The position numbers were made by a program, and so were the translations under genes. From Octopus sinensis (taxonomy: Eukaryota): a DNA stretch of 19,829 bases. Shown piece after piece: positions 18,747 through 19,829 of this stretch. The stretch lies in NCBI RefSeq assembly GCF_006345805.1, contig NW_021824294.1, positions 1 through 19,829 on the forward strand, read 5' to 3'. The notes beneath the pieces are model-generated. The model had not been told where the DNA came from. It was given only the letters and a program-made list of their open reading frames with translations, and did no database searches. Position 1 is the first letter of the stretch, and every line of letters starts with the position of its first letter.

Positions 18747-18968
18747 TTTAGCACAAGGCCAGCAATTATGGGATAGTGAGTAAACCAATTACATCGACCC
18801 GCAGTACTTAACAGGTATTTATTTTATCGACCACAAAAGGGATGAAAGGTAAAGTTCACTCCGGTGGAATTTGAACTTAAAAGGTTAAAAAAAAAGTAAA
18901 AAAAAAATTGGTCGAAATACTGTGAAGTGTTTTGGTCCAGCATCCTAAATATTCTGCCAGCCCACTGC
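18747..18968 (-). mobile_element. Degenerate SINE family B variant
   Basis: CAATTACATCGACC, TTTTATCGACC, GGATGAAAGGTAAAG, GGAATTTGAACT, TTCTGCCAGCCCACTGCC. Confidence 0.75.
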
Positions 18969-19036
18969 CGTTCCTTGGAGGGTGGGGGTTTGGGGGTTTA
19001 TTGCATCTTTCATCATCATGTTGATATCTACCTATT

Positions 19037-19306
19037 TGTCTGTCTGTCTGTCTCTCTTTCTCTCTTTCTTTCTTTCTCTCTTTCTTTCTCTTTCTTTCTT
19101 TCTTTCTTCCTCCCTTTCTTTCTCTCTTTCTTTCTCTTTCTTTCTTTCTTTCTCTCTTTCTTTCTTCCTCCCTTTCTTTCTCTCTTTCTTGTTTTCTTTT
19201 TTTCCGTCTTTCTTTCTCTCTTTCTCTCTTTCTTTCTTCCTCTCTTCCTTTCTCTCTTTCTTCCTCTCTTTCTTTCTCTTTCTTTCTTTCTCTCTTTCTT
19301 TCTCTT

Positions 19307-19349
<43 letters not shown>

Positions 19350-19668
19350 TTTCTTTCTCTCTTTCTTTCTTTCTCTCTTCTTTCTTTCTCTCTCTCTCTC
19401 TCCTCTTTTTCTCTCTCCCTTTCTTTCTTTCTTTCTTTCTCTCGTTCTCTCCCTCTCTCTTTCTCTCTTTTTCTCTCTCCCTTTCTTTCTCTCTTTCTTT
19501 CTTTCTTTCTCTCGTTCTCTCTCTCTCTCTCTTTCTCTCTTTTTCTCTCACCCTTTCTTTCTCTCTTTCTTTCTTTCTCTCTCTCTTTCTCTCTCCCTTT
19601 CTTTCTCTCTTTCTTTCTTTCTTTCTCTCTCTCTTTCTCTCTTTCTTTCTTTCTCTCTTTCTTTCTCT
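19037..19668. repeat. ~630-bp polypyrimidine (CT/CTTT)n tract
   Basis: Almost purine-free on the + strand. A 70-bp internal duplication is marked by CTCGTTCTCT at 19441 and 19511. Confidence 0.97.
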
Positions 19669-19829
19669 GGTTCTTTCTTTATTTATTCATTTATTTAACA
19701 TCCAATCCGTTGCGTGATGCTTTCAGGCAAGGAGACCGATGGTTGCAATTTTCAACGGAAGGTGAGAATATATTAAGATAAGATGGAAAAAAAAATAAGA
19801 GAAAAAATTAAGAGAGTGTATCTTCTCCT

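Overview
This is a repeat-saturated animal intergenic or intronic window with no supportable host gene, rRNA, true tRNA or CRISPR array. The repeat repertoire resembles octopus (inference from recalled SINE/RTE families, not verified). The dominant element is a dead, 5'-truncated RTE-clade LINE at 5499-9204 (+). It has an internal deletion in the endonuclease, frameshifts, a complete C4HC3 PHD-type zinc finger inserted inside the RT domain, and a ~1.7 kb 3'UTR of nested tandem repeats. Five more RTE 3'-end fragments carry arrays of the same GTGCC-n3-GGCAC hairpin motif with 26, 62/67 or 129 bp periods. Also present: a DD37D (maT) transposase relic, an internally deleted mariner interrupted by an RTEX-like fragment with a TSD, two tRNA-derived SINE families (one expanded to a 7 x 184 bp array inside a 10 bp TSD), a non-autonomous Helitron, an ~85 bp inverted repeat enclosing a degenerate hammerhead-like motif, and long microsatellites. 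Most ORFs in the supplied track are repeat artefacts. The best candidates for novelty are the PHD finger inside the RT and the conserved 3'UTR hairpin arrays.
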